A DNA stretch of 64,000 nucleotides from Bacteroidota bacterium (lineage in GTDB: Bacteria; Bacteroidota; Bacteroidia; Chitinophagales; LD1), in NCBI GenBank assembly GCA_947475165.1, contig CANJLD010000007.1, forward strand, positions 83,131 to 147,130. The letters run 5' to 3'. The notes beneath the pieces were generated by a model that worked only from the letters and a program-made list of their open reading frames with translations, made no database searches and was not told where the DNA came from. Both the position numbers and the translations under genes were made by a program. Below are positions 1 through 9,514 of the stretch, in pieces (within the stretch, counting starts at the first letter, position 1; each line of letters begins with the position of its first letter).

Positions 1-284
1 TACTTCTGTCCGGCTGTAGAGTAGCGCAATTCGGCTTGTAAGCCCCAACTCTTTTTAAAATTATAGCCTACTACAAATCCTCCATTGCCGCCATAAGTAA
101 ACCTGTAATCCATTTCTGAAACCCGAACGTATTCTTCTTTGAAAGGGGCAAGTGTGCCATAATTATTTTGCGTATAAATAAAGTTGCTGGTAAACGCTGC
201 AGAAATACCAATATGAAAACCCTTTTGCGCAAACAGCGAAACCGAAATAAGCGAAACAAAAAAGAGTAGAATATTCTTCTTCAT
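1..284 (-). CDS. Outer-membrane beta-barrel protein (partial, C-terminus off window)
   Basis: Absent from the ORF track because it runs off the window edge. Reverse translation from the ATG at 284-282 gives MKKNILLFFVSLISVSLFAQKGFHIGISAAFTSNFIYTQNNYG...GYNFKKSWGLQAELRYS. This is a signal peptide followed by alternating beta-strand segments, as in Bacteroidota OMP beta-barrel proteins. Confidence 0.6.
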   Translation of the reverse strand, partial: MKKNILLFFVSLISVSLFAQKGFHIGISAAFTSNFIYTQNNYGTLAPFKEEYVRVSEMDYRFTYGGNGGFVVGYNFKKSWGLQAELRYSTAGQK

Positions 285-330
285 ATTTTTACTTTATGTT
301 GCGAAGTTCCTAAAAGTTACAGAACAATCA

Positions 331-1104
331 ATGAATAAATTTTTTCAGGCAAAAAAATATTTGACTTATCTGCTAAAGGCAAAAACAAAGTATTATTTGC
401 ATTCGCCTTTTGTTTATCAGTTTTACCTGAATGTGCTGGAAGGAGAAAACGATAATAAACTCCAGAAAATTTTACTACTCAGGGAAAAATTGCGTAACAA
501 TAATACAGCATTAAAAGCCGAAGATTTTGGAACGGGAAACTCCTTTTCAAAAAAAGTTTCGGATATAGAAAGAGGAGTTTCAGTTCGCCATAAATACGGA
601 ATGCTTCTTTACAGGCTGGTGAAATGCTTTCAACCGAAAAACATTCTTGAAATCGGAACTTCTATTGGTTTAAGTTCCTCTTATTTGGCATTGGCTAATG
701 CAGATGCAAAAATTGTTTCGTTAGAAGGTTCAAAGGGTATTGCAGCAGTAGCTAAGCAGAATCATATCTCGTTAGAAGTAAAGAATGTAGAAGTTGTTAG
801 CGGTAATTTCAACCAAATACTTTCTTCTTCACTACAACAACTACCATCGGCTGACTTAGTTTTTTTTGATGGCAATCACACCAAAGAAGCAACACTGAAA
901 TATTTTTTTCAGTGTTTAGAAAAGTCGAATGAAAATTCTGTTTTTGTGTTTGACGATATTTATTGGAGTGAAGAAATGAGTGAAGTTTGGGAAGAGATTA
1001 AACTACATCATCAAGTAACATTGACGATTGATGTTTATCAGTTCGGTATTTGCTTTTTCAGAAAGAAAAAATTGGCGAAAGAGGATTTTGTGTTGTGGTA
1101 TTAG
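331..1104 (+). CDS. Class I SAM-dependent (O-)methyltransferase
   Basis: 257-aa ORF. It has a glycine-rich SAM-binding motif I, ILEIGTSIGLSSSYLA, followed by LVFFDGNH and FVFDDIYW acidic loops, as in O-methyltransferase family 3-like proteins. Confidence 0.7.
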   Translation: MNKFFQAKKYLTYLLKAKTKYYLHSPFVYQFYLNVLEGENDNKLQKILLLREKLRNNNTALKAEDFGTGNSFSKKVSDIERGVSVRHKYGMLLYRLVKCFQPKNILEIGTSIGLSSSYLALANADAKIVSLEGSKGIAAVAKQNHISLEVKNVEVVSGNFNQILSSSLQQLPSADLVFFDGNHTKEATLKYFFQCLEKSNENSVFVFDDIYWSEEMSEVWEEIKLHHQVTLTIDVYQFGICFFRKKKLAKEDFVLWY

Positions 1105-1110
1105 TTATGG

Positions 1111-1833
1111 TTACTTTATCAAACCACTCTGCCTTCCGTATTTGTTGTATTGAGCAATAATTGTTTTTGTGATTTCGTAGTCTGAATTGTATTTTAAAAA
1201 TTCTATTGGCAAATTACAGAAGTCAATAAACTCTTCGTAGTTCTTTTCCGGCAAATCAATTAATCCATTTGCGTTGTAGTAGTTCAATAATTCTTTGAAA
1301 ATTTTTCTTCTGTTAGCTTCCTTAATTTGTCCTTTTAGTTTTTCACGCTGCTGTGCCTGACCGCTGAACATTTCATACAAGGCACTGATTGGGCTGGTGA
1401 TAACCATAGCTGGACGATCCAATTCTTTGGGAGTGGTTCCAAGTTTTTTTCTTTCAGCTTCTATTTCTTCCAAAGATTTTTGTCCCTTTATTATAACGCC
1501 CTGACTAAGTCCGGTTGAAAGCGGCTCAATTGAAATATGTAAAACATACGTATTCTTCTTTGCGGAATCTGCTACCGAAAATTTTGCGGTGCGATAACCC
1601 GGCAAAAATAAAAACAGAGTGTCCGTTCTGTGAATAGTTGTTTCAAAAAAACCTTTGCTATCTGTGGCAACCGTATTACTTGATTTTGGATTGATAATAC
1701 TTACACCCGAAAGCGCGCGGTAGGTGTAACCATCAGATATGCTTCCTCTTATTCTTACAGTATCATTTTGTGAGAATGCGTTAGAAGTAAGGAACAAAAG
1801 AAAAAAAACAAAAATGCTGTGCGCAAGCCTCAT
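1111..1833 (-). CDS. Secreted carboxypeptidase-regulatory-like domain protein (function unknown)
   Basis: 240-aa ORF with an N-terminal signal peptide (IFVFFLLFLTSNAFSQ). VRIRGSISDG...LSGVSIIN...TDSKGFFE resembles a CarboxypepD_reg beta-sandwich. The C-terminal half is helical. Confidence 0.45.
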   Translation of the reverse strand: MRLAHSIFVFFLLFLTSNAFSQNDTVRIRGSISDGYTYRALSGVSIINPKSSNTVATDSKGFFETTIHRTDTLFLFLPGYRTAKFSVADSAKKNTYVLHISIEPLSTGLSQGVIIKGQKSLEEIEAERKKLGTTPKELDRPAMVITSPISALYEMFSGQAQQREKLKGQIKEANRRKIFKELLNYYNANGLIDLPEKNYEEFIDFCNLPIEFLKYNSDYEITKTIIAQYNKYGRQSGLIK

Positions 1834-1903
1834 AGGGCGAATATAATTAAGTGAACTACTGCGAAGAGTAACGCTGGTTCTAATCGAATAGTATGGGCTG
1901 TTT

Positions 1904-3196
1904 TTATGTTTCTTTAAGAAAATCGCAAATAGCGGTATACACTTTCTTTAAATCAGCATCGGAAATGCAGTAAGGGGGAAGAATATAAATCACATTACCC
2001 AATGGACGAAGAATTATTTTTTGTTGAATAAAGAACTGATAGGCTTTATCGCGAATATTGTTGAGGTAGCCGCTTGATTCATCCGTTTTTAACTCAATAG
2101 CTACAATAGTTCCGCGCATTCTAATTTCTTTTACACGCGCATTACCTTTTAAGTTCTCTGCAAATTTTGAATGATGAAATTCTATTCTTGAAATATTCTC
2201 AAATGTATTTTCAGTTTCAAATAAATCTATGCTGGCAACAGCAGCAACACAGCCAAGCGGGTTTGCCGTGTAACTATGTCCGTGAAAAAACAATTTATAT
2301 TTTTCATCGGATAGAAATACATCGTAAATTTTTTGTGTGCAAGTGGTTGCTGCAAAAGGAAGAAACCCACCGGTAATTCCCTTTGAAAGGCAAACGATAT
2401 CGGGCTTATTCTCACAGTAATCCGTAGCCAGAAATTTACCGGTTCTGCCAAAGCCTGTCATTACTTCATCGGCAATGGTGAGGATGTTGTTTTGCTTGCA
2501 AATAGAAATCAGTTTATCTAAAGCACTTTCTGAATACATCAACATTCCTGCTGAACCAAGTATAAGCGGTTCAAAAATGAAAGCGGCAATTTCCGAATTT
2601 CTGAATTTCCGAATTTCCGAATTCAACTGTTCGACAACTTCAATTTCATTCTCATTATTCGGTGTGTCAATAAACACCACATCAAAAAGCAGGTTTTGAA
2701 ACGGCTGAGTAAAAACTCCTCGTGCGCTTACGCTCATGCTTCCGAAGGTATCGCCATGATATGCATCGCGAAAGCAAATTATTTTTTTGCGCACTTCGCC
2801 TTGATTGCTCCAATACTGAAGTGCCATTTTAATAGCTACTTCAACGGCTGTTGAGCCATTATCGGAGTAGAATATTTTATTATGATAAGGGATTCGCTTC
2901 AATAGTTGTTCGGCAAGTTGTTCGGCAGGTTCGTGTGTAAAGCCTGCAAATATTACATGCTCGAGCTTCTTTGCTTGTTCCGCAATTGCATTAGCAATAA
3001 CTGGATGGGCATGTCCGTGAAGGTTAGTCCACCAACTGGCAACGGCATCTATGTATTGTTCTCCGTTTTCATCATACAGATAAGTTCCTTCGCCACGCAC
3101 AATGGGAATTATTTCCGCGTTTTTCATTTGCGTGTACGGATGCCACACGGGAGAATTTTTACTTTTTAATTTTGAATTTTGAATTAGCGCGCTCAT
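1904..3196 (-). CDS. bioA: Adenosylmethionine-8-amino-7-oxononanoate aminotransferase
   Basis: 430-aa class III aminotransferase with WHPYTQM at the N-terminus, a DEVMTGFGRTG motif and a CLSKGITGG PLP-lysine region. It is the last gene of a bio operon, with a 4-nt overlap with bioD. Confidence 0.93.
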   Translation of the reverse strand: MSALIQNSKLKSKNSPVWHPYTQMKNAEIIPIVRGEGTYLYDENGEQYIDAVASWWTNLHGHAHPVIANAIAEQAKKLEHVIFAGFTHEPAEQLAEQLLKRIPYHNKIFYSDNGSTAVEVAIKMALQYWSNQGEVRKKIICFRDAYHGDTFGSMSVSARGVFTQPFQNLLFDVVFIDTPNNENEIEVVEQLNSEIRKFRNSEIAAFIFEPLILGSAGMLMYSESALDKLISICKQNNILTIADEVMTGFGRTGKFLATDYCENKPDIVCLSKGITGGFLPFAATTCTQKIYDVFLSDEKYKLFFHGHSYTANPLGCVAAVASIDLFETENTFENISRIEFHHSKFAENLKGNARVKEIRMRGTIVAIELKTDESSGYLNNIRDKAYQFFIQQKIILRPLGNVIYILPPYCISDADLKKVYTAICDFLKET

Positions 3197-3837
3197 AATT
3201 CAAAGTGTTGTGAGAGCGATAGTTTTAGCTTTTGTGCTTGGGTTTTTACAAACTCTTTATTCAGACTTTCTGTTTCATCAATTTCGCCAAGTAACGTTGT
3301 ATGCGTGAAATGCTGAATTATTTCTTCGTTATCAAAATAGTTTTGTCCGTTGAATACAACGCCCAATACATCTATTCCTCTTTGTTTCAAAGCTTCTATG
3401 CTTAGTAAAGTGTGGTTGATGCCTCCCAGATAATTTTTAGAAACGAGAATTACTGATGCTTTTAAATGTTTTATCAAATCAATAACCAGATAATCCCTAG
3501 TGAGCGGAACTAGTAAACCTCCCGCGCCTTCAATCAGTAAGCGGATTTCGGAAGATGGAACGTGCAACCGGTCGGGACTTATCTCAACATTTTCTAGTTC
3601 CGCAGCATAATGCGGGGAAGAAGCAGTCTTTAAAAGATAAGACTCTTCATAAAATTTTGAAACATGATTAGAAACCAACGACTGAACAACATGCGTATCG
3701 GTTTCCTCCAAATTTCCGCATTGCACCGGTTTCCAGTAATCGGCATGTAATGCCTCAGCAAGTATGGCAGACACAACCGTTTTGCCAACTCCGGTGCTGG
3801 TTCCTGCAACAAAAATTCTTTTTGGTAACTGACGCAT
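3193..3837 (-). CDS. bioD: Dethiobiotin synthase
   Basis: 214 aa with the P-loop FVAGTSTGVGKT and an EGAGG motif. It lies between bioF and bioA with no intergenic gaps. Confidence 0.9.
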   Translation of the reverse strand: MRQLPKRIFVAGTSTGVGKTVVSAILAEALHADYWKPVQCGNLEETDTHVVQSLVSNHVSKFYEESYLLKTASSPHYAAELENVEISPDRLHVPSSEIRLLIEGAGGLLVPLTRDYLVIDLIKHLKASVILVSKNYLGGINHTLLSIEALKQRGIDVLGVVFNGQNYFDNEEIIQHFTHTTLLGEIDETESLNKEFVKTQAQKLKLSLSQHFEL

Positions 3838-4959
3838 TTAAAGCGAGTTTATGGTTCCAGCAAGTTTAGTCACTTCTGTTTCGGTATTAAAACTATGCAA
3901 ACAAATTCTAACACGCTCTTTTCCTTTTTGCACTGTGGGGTAAAGTATTGGGCGAACATCCAGCCCTTGTTCCTGAATTTTAGCCGCAAACTCTTTTACG
4001 CTTTTGTTACCTGAAATTACCACCGATTGTATGGGTGAATTACTGGTAATAAGCAGCGCGTTTTCTTTTGATTGAATTTGTTGCTTGAAAAGCTCAATCA
4101 GGGAAAAGAGCTTTCCTCTTTTCTCCTTTGCTTCGTTCATCAATGCATAACCGCATTTAATAGCAGCTAAAGAATGAAACGGTAAAGCGGTAGAGTAAAT
4201 GAAAGGACGACAATAATTGACAAGAAATTCTTTCAATTCATCAGAACAAAGCACTACTGCGCCATGCGTACCTAATGCTTTGCTGAAGGTATGGATGTGT
4301 GCAAGGATTTTTGCATCAGGAATTTCTTCTGCCACTCTACCTGTGCCAAACACACCGGTAGCGTGCGCTTCATCTATAATTAGACCCGCTTGGTATTTAT
4401 CGCATAAAGAGGCAATCTGTTTTAGCGGAGCAAAATCACCATCCATAGAGTAGATAGATTCAATAACCACATATTTTAAACCGGTAACTGAGTTGAGTTT
4501 CTTTTCAAGGTCTGCAATATTATTGTGTAGAAATGAAACGGAATTCGCTTTGCTGTTTCTTATACCATCGTGAAAGGAGGCGTGAATCAGTTCATCGTAA
4601 ATAATGGTATCACCACGATATGGAAGCGTTGAAAGTAAACCGTAGTTGGCATCAAAACCAGAATTGAAAATAAGTGCAGTTTCAGCCTGATGGAACTCTG
4701 CAAGAAATTTTTCTAATGCTTCGACATACCCGCTATTGCCCGAAAGCAAACGCGAACCGGTGCTGCCAAGCGCAGAACCTTTGCGTGAATTTATTTCAGC
4801 CTGTATTTTATCGTGTAGGTTTTCATCTCTCGCAAACCCCAGATAATCGTTAGAATAGAAATCAACTAAGCCATTTGTAATTCTTAGCGAACGAAAGTTA
4901 TCTGCGTCTTTGCGTTGTTGAAGTTTAGAGAGAATGTAGTTATGAATGGAATTGCTCAT
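3838..4959 (-). CDS. bioF: 8-amino-7-oxononanoate synthase
   Basis: 373-aa alpha-oxoamine synthase fold. Motifs include DYLGF, IIDEAHATG and the TFSKALG PLP-lysine motif. The operon context supports the call. Confidence 0.9.
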   Translation of the reverse strand: MSNSIHNYILSKLQQRKDADNFRSLRITNGLVDFYSNDYLGFARDENLHDKIQAEINSRKGSALGSTGSRLLSGNSGYVEALEKFLAEFHQAETALIFNSGFDANYGLLSTLPYRGDTIIYDELIHASFHDGIRNSKANSVSFLHNNIADLEKKLNSVTGLKYVVIESIYSMDGDFAPLKQIASLCDKYQAGLIIDEAHATGVFGTGRVAEEIPDAKILAHIHTFSKALGTHGAVVLCSDELKEFLVNYCRPFIYSTALPFHSLAAIKCGYALMNEAKEKRGKLFSLIELFKQQIQSKENALLITSNSPIQSVVISGNKSVKEFAAKIQEQGLDVRPILYPTVQKGKERVRICLHSFNTETEVTKLAGTINSL

Positions 4960-5010
4960 GATAATTTACACTAAGGCATAAACCTGCCTGCGGCAAGCAG
5001 GGACAAAAGT

Positions 5011-6012
5011 TTAAACTGTAGCAACTTCCTTTTCTTTCTGTGCTTTAAAAGATTCGCGCGGTTTTAATCCCAACAATGCAAACATTTCTTTATCGGCATT
5101 AAAGCCAGGGTTAGGAGTAGTCAATAATTTCTCACCCGTAAAAATTGAATTAGCACCGGCAAGAAAGCACAATGCTTGTTGCTCGTAATTCATTTCATTT
5201 CTTCCGGCACTTAAACGCACCATTGCTTTTGGCATCAACACTCTTGCCGTAGCAATCATACGCACCATATCCCACACCTGCACTTTTTCTCTGCCTTCAA
5301 GCGGAGTTCCTTTTACGCTTACCAATGCATTTACCGGTACGCTTTCCGGATGTTGGTCACGGGTAGCTAAGGCGTGCAATAGTTTAATTCTATCCTCATC
5401 GGTTTCGCCTAAGCCAATAATGCCTCCGCAACAAACACTTAAACCTGCTTTCTCTACATTATCCAATGTTTCTAAACGGTCTTTGTATGTGCGGGTAGAA
5501 ATAATTTCACCATAATGTTCGTCACTTGTATCCAGGTTATGGTTGTAGGCATATAAACCGGCTTCTTTCAAACGTTGCGCTTGTTGTTCTGTCAACATGC
5601 CCAGCGTGCAACAAACCTCTAAGCCAATGGCGTTAACGCCTTTCACCATGTCAATTACATTGTCAAAGTCTGAATTGTCGCGAACGTTGCGCCAAGCGGC
5701 ACCCATACAAAAGCGAGTAGAGCCGCCATTCTTTGCATCGAGTGCTTTGTTGACTACGCTTTCATAAGTCATTAATTTGTGCGCATCTACACCAGTGTTG
5801 TAACGGGCAGCTTGTGGACAATAAGAACAATCTTCAGAGCATCCACCGGTCTTCACTGAAAGTAAGGTGCAAACCTGTAATTCTCCTGTAGTATTATACT
5901 TGGCATGCACATTCGATGCACGGTTCATTAATTCAAGAACAGGCGAAAAATATATTTCACGGATTTCGTCAAGCGTCCAGTTGTTTCTAATTTCTTGGTT
6001 CATAATCTTCAT
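5011..6012 (-). CDS. bioB: Biotin synthase (radical SAM)
   Basis: 333 aa with the radical-SAM cluster CSEDCSYCPQ and YNHNLDTS and GLGET motifs. It is the first gene of the bio operon. Confidence 0.95.
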   Translation of the reverse strand: MKIMNQEIRNNWTLDEIREIYFSPVLELMNRASNVHAKYNTTGELQVCTLLSVKTGGCSEDCSYCPQAARYNTGVDAHKLMTYESVVNKALDAKNGGSTRFCMGAAWRNVRDNSDFDNVIDMVKGVNAIGLEVCCTLGMLTEQQAQRLKEAGLYAYNHNLDTSDEHYGEIISTRTYKDRLETLDNVEKAGLSVCCGGIIGLGETDEDRIKLLHALATRDQHPESVPVNALVSVKGTPLEGREKVQVWDMVRMIATARVLMPKAMVRLSAGRNEMNYEQQALCFLAGANSIFTGEKLLTTPNPGFNADKEMFALLGLKPRESFKAQKEKEVATV

Positions 6013-6045
6013 TTGGTAAGGGCGAATATAATTGTGCAGATTAAA

Positions 6046-6975
6046 TTATTGCGATAAAAAATCGGCAATGGCGCCATGACCTTTTTCAGAGAAATGAATT
6101 TCATCGGCAAAAAGATAAAGCGGATGAATGTCGGCTTGTTTAGAAAGATATTCCGAGGCATCTGAAAATTCTATTGAATCTTTTCCGCAATACTCTTTTA
6201 CCAATTGTTGCGGAACAAAATTCTTGCTTTTTAACTGAGATTGATAAGGCAACATCACTACATTGAAATAAATGTTCTTTGCCTTGCATAGCGAATCGCA
6301 AATGCGCAAATCATTCATCGACTGAGTAAAATGCTCATCATCATTTTTATAGTACTGCAAATCGTAAGTAAAGTACCGGTTACTGTTTTGGTAAAAGAAG
6401 AGTTTAATCAATTTGTAAGTGTTACAAGTATTTTGAAGCAAGCCGTTCAGTTGGCCGATGATGTTTTGCTTTGCCATTACTGGTAACTCTTTGGTGCGGG
6501 TATTGCCATATACATCGTTCAAACAATAAAAGAGCGTAACTAATTCTGTATTGGAGTCGTTCTGCAAAACAGAAGTAAGCACATTTACATAATCGGCAGA
6601 TGAATAACCTATTAGTGAATAGTTGCAGATATTATACTCTTTAAATACATCGGCATGTAAGCTTGAAAAGGTAGAAGTATCATCTACGCCAACTCCTTCT
6701 GTCACCGAGTCGCCAATAAAGAGCCATTTCTTTTTCTTGGTATCAAAAGCAGTTTTGTTTTTTCTTCTTCCCGCATCATCTGTATTAAACACCTTGCCCC
6801 AAACTATAGCATTGGCATTTTCTTTTAATCCGCAGGTGGAGAAATATTTATTGGGAGAAAAGACGGAATAATCGAATCCCCTGTTGTAGATTTTAGCGAG
6901 AACGAAATGACTGCCGATTTCTATAACAAGAAGAACAATAACAACCGTGAGAATATTTATGAGAATCTTCTTCAT
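6046..6975 (-). CDS. Membrane-anchored SGNH/GDSL hydrolase
   Basis: 309 aa with an N-terminal TM helix. Block I is FIGDSVTEG and block V is DEIHFSEKGH (DxxH). There is a 4-nt overlap with the upstream ORF. Confidence 0.7.
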   Translation of the reverse strand: MKKILINILTVVIVLLVIEIGSHFVLAKIYNRGFDYSVFSPNKYFSTCGLKENANAIVWGKVFNTDDAGRRKNKTAFDTKKKKWLFIGDSVTEGVGVDDTSTFSSLHADVFKEYNICNYSLIGYSSADYVNVLTSVLQNDSNTELVTLFYCLNDVYGNTRTKELPVMAKQNIIGQLNGLLQNTCNTYKLIKLFFYQNSNRYFTYDLQYYKNDDEHFTQSMNDLRICDSLCKAKNIYFNVVMLPYQSQLKSKNFVPQQLVKEYCGKDSIEFSDASEYLSKQADIHPLYLFADEIHFSEKGHGAIADFLSQ

Positions 6976-7835
6976 CCTAAATATTTAGCAGCGATGTAAA
7001 CAAATACAAATTGAAGGATCATCATACCATCCAGCACAAAATAATACCATAGTTCGGAAGTTTCTTCTCTCAGCGGTTGAATACAAAATATGGAAATCAG
7101 CAGGGAAAGATTTACCGCCAGCATATTCATGAGCGAAATATCGAAGAAGAAATATTGTACGAGGTTGATGAGGATGAGCGCAAACAAGGTGAGTTGCGCA
7201 ATAAGTTTTGTGTTTGATACACCAAAAATGAGAGGTAGGGTTTTTAATCCGTATTCTTCATCGTTCTTCATATCTTTTATTTCAAACACCATGGTAAGTG
7301 CAAGAACAAAAAGAAATCTGCGGAGCAACAGAAACACCAACATGCTTGGCTCTACAAAACTATTCCTCAGAGGAACAATAACCGTAGTAACCGACCACAC
7401 AACAGCTACAAAGAATATTTTTAGCAGGCCGAAATCGCGGAGCTTTCTTTTGGGGCTTGTAAAAGGAATATCCACAAAACCATAGAGCGCGGTGAACGCT
7501 GCAAGAACGGCCAGGATAATTTCCGTTTTCATTTTCAGCTGAAAGAAAAAACAGACTGTAACCAGAAGCGACAGCAGCAAAACATTTTTTGCCAGCTGAA
7601 TATACTTTACCGCCCAGTACCGGTGACCGGTAGAAGGGATTGTATTTTCTGAATTGTGAAATTTGAGATAAGAATAAGTGAAGATGGTAGCAAACAAAAC
7701 AAACCAGCAACTCACATCAAACTGAATATCGCCTTCAACGGTTAACTGATTGGTAAACGTAAGCGCAACTGCACATACACCAATGAAAATATTGGAGTAG
7801 AGAATAAAGTCCAAAGCTGCGCGGAGTTGTTTCAT
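6972..7835 (-). CDS. Polytopic membrane protein, UbiA-prenyltransferase-like (degenerate)
   Basis: 287 aa with about 8 hydrophobic segments. KDMKNDEEYGLKTLPL resembles the second Asp-rich motif of the UbiA family. I did not see a clear first NxxxDxxxD motif. Both neighbours overlap it by 4 nt. Confidence 0.45.
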   Translation of the reverse strand: MKQLRAALDFILYSNIFIGVCAVALTFTNQLTVEGDIQFDVSCWFVLFATIFTYSYLKFHNSENTIPSTGHRYWAVKYIQLAKNVLLLSLLVTVCFFFQLKMKTEIILAVLAAFTALYGFVDIPFTSPKRKLRDFGLLKIFFVAVVWSVTTVIVPLRNSFVEPSMLVFLLLRRFLFVLALTMVFEIKDMKNDEEYGLKTLPLIFGVSNTKLIAQLTLFALILINLVQYFFFDISLMNMLAVNLSLLISIFCIQPLREETSELWYYFVLDGMMILQFVFVYIAAKYLG

Positions 7836-9451
7836 TTAATTCTTACTCTCTTCAAATTCAGAAGATTTAAACCGTTAGCAGTTAAACCTTCAATGTTCTT
7901 TTGCGAAAAGCGAAGCACTTCATCGTAGTATAGAGGAACCACCGGTGCTTCTTCAATTAGTATCTTTTCCATTTCGTGAAAGAGTACGAAACGCTTGGCA
8001 TCATCATTCTCAATCAATGCTTTTTCATACAGCGCATCAAACTGCTTATTACTGAAACGCGTGTAATTTGGAGGTGCACCATTCTTGCTATAAAACACCG
8101 CAAAATAGTTTTCCGCATCCGGGTAATCTGCTAACCAGCTTCCTCTAAAAAACTGAACTTTGCCTTGGCTCATCCATTCGCGAAGAATAGATGGCTGAGA
8201 AATTTCAACGCGCATGCTCAAACCTATTTGCTCTAATTGCTTGGTGATGAAGAGTGCGTATTCTTTATAAGTTTCGTTGGTGTAAAGAACCAACTTGTTG
8301 GTTTTATCAAAGCCTGATTCCTTTAAAAGCGTTTTTGCTTTTTCTACATCGTAAGTGTAACCTTTAACTTTATCTGCGTCAAAACTTGGAAGCCCGAATG
8401 GGGTGAAACCGCTCTCTGCCGGTTTGCCGACTCCGTTGCGCAGGTACTTCAGCATTTCTCTCCGGTCGAATCCATAGTTGATGGCCTGACGGAGTTTTTT
8501 ATTGAGATACGGGTTGTCATCACCACCGGATACAAGAAATCCAAGATACTCCGTATTGAGATAAGGAGTCTTCAGTAGATTGAATTTGTCTTTCAGTTCG
8601 GCTTTCATGCTGCCGTCCTCATCCAGCACTTCGTCAATATAGCTTGCGTCAATGCTATTGATGAAGTCGAGTTCTTTTTGTTTGAACGACAAGTATTCAG
8701 TCTTCTTGTTATCGATAAAACTGATTTTAATTCCATCAAGGTAAGGCAGGGCATTTCCCTGTTCATCGCGTTCAAAGTAGTTTTCGTTCTTCACCAATAT
8801 CAAAGCCGTTCCTTCTTTCCAGTTCTTAAACATAAACGGACCGGTGCCTACGGGATGCGCGCGAAAATCTGCCCCGTATTTTTTTATTGCTTCTTCAGGA
8901 ATTACCGAGCAGTATTGCATAGTGATAATGCCGAGCATTGGACGAAAAGGCCTGAGCAGTTTTAGCTGAAAGGTAGAATCGTCTAAAGCTTTAAAAGGCT
9001 CTACGGAATCAACATTGTTATTGAAAATCCAGGCACCGGGGCTGGCGAGTTTCTTATCCATAATTCTTTTAAAGCTGCATACCACATCGTTAGCATTCAC
9101 CGGTCTTCCCTTTCCGCCTTCAAAGCACTCGTTGTCGTGAAACTTTACATCGCTGCGCAAGCGAAAGGTGTAGGTTTTTCCGTCTTCCGAAATTTCCCAA
9201 CTCTTGGCAATAGATGGTTGTGTGTTTAGGTTATCATCTAATTGCACGAGCGAATTATACAACTGATTACAGCTCCAGATAGTGCTTTGGTCTTTGCTAA
9301 AAGCAGGGTCAAGCGAGGCAATGCCGCTGCTTTGGTTGTAGCGGAAGAATTTTTTGTTGCCGGTGTTTGAAGAGTTGTTGCACGAATTGCAGGAATTGGA
9401 CAGTAGGCAGTAGGCAATAAAAAGTAGGCAATAAGGAACGCGATTTTTCAT
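7832..9451 (-). CDS. ABC-type substrate-binding protein, family 5 (peptide/nickel type), lipoprotein
   Basis: 539 aa with a lipoprotein-like leader (LLSNSC). The length and motifs fit SBP_bac_5 (SLDPA..., WKEG..., NPYLN...). No permease or ATPase gene is adjacent. Confidence 0.8.
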   Translation of the reverse strand: MKNRVPYCLLFIAYCLLSNSCNSCNNSSNTGNKKFFRYNQSSGIASLDPAFSKDQSTIWSCNQLYNSLVQLDDNLNTQPSIAKSWEISEDGKTYTFRLRSDVKFHDNECFEGGKGRPVNANDVVCSFKRIMDKKLASPGAWIFNNNVDSVEPFKALDDSTFQLKLLRPFRPMLGIITMQYCSVIPEEAIKKYGADFRAHPVGTGPFMFKNWKEGTALILVKNENYFERDEQGNALPYLDGIKISFIDNKKTEYLSFKQKELDFINSIDASYIDEVLDEDGSMKAELKDKFNLLKTPYLNTEYLGFLVSGGDDNPYLNKKLRQAINYGFDRREMLKYLRNGVGKPAESGFTPFGLPSFDADKVKGYTYDVEKAKTLLKESGFDKTNKLVLYTNETYKEYALFITKQLEQIGLSMRVEISQPSILREWMSQGKVQFFRGSWLADYPDAENYFAVFYSKNGAPPNYTRFSNKQFDALYEKALIENDDAKRFVLFHEMEKILIEEAPVVPLYYDEVLRFSQKNIEGLTANGLNLLNLKRVRIK

Positions 9452-9476
9452 TCTTCAAAATAAAGAATATTGATGA

Positions 9477-9508
9477 ACCCCAAAAGGGTTTAAAACCCTT
9501 TCGGGGTT
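9477..9508. terminator. Hairpin terminator between convergently ending transcription units
   Basis: AACCCCAAAAGGGTTT-AAAACCCTTTCGGGGTT is a near-perfect 14-bp stem. It lies directly 3' of the minus-strand ORF ending at 9515. Confidence 0.5.
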
Positions 9509-9514
9509 TGAGAG

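Noticed and set aside
71-259. Track ORF of 62 aa at the left edge.
   Set aside because: It is out of frame with the much more convincing signal-peptide-bearing OMP gene that starts at 284 and runs off the window.
6046-6975. The SGNH hydrolase next to bioB as the missing pimeloyl-ACP methyl-ester esterase (BioH/BioG analogue) of the biotin pathway.
   Set aside because: It has an N-terminal membrane anchor and is translationally coupled to the upstream SBP/UbiA-like genes, not to bioB. Known BioH/BioG/BioK/BioJ/BioV esterases are soluble alpha/beta-hydrolases. There is no positive evidence.
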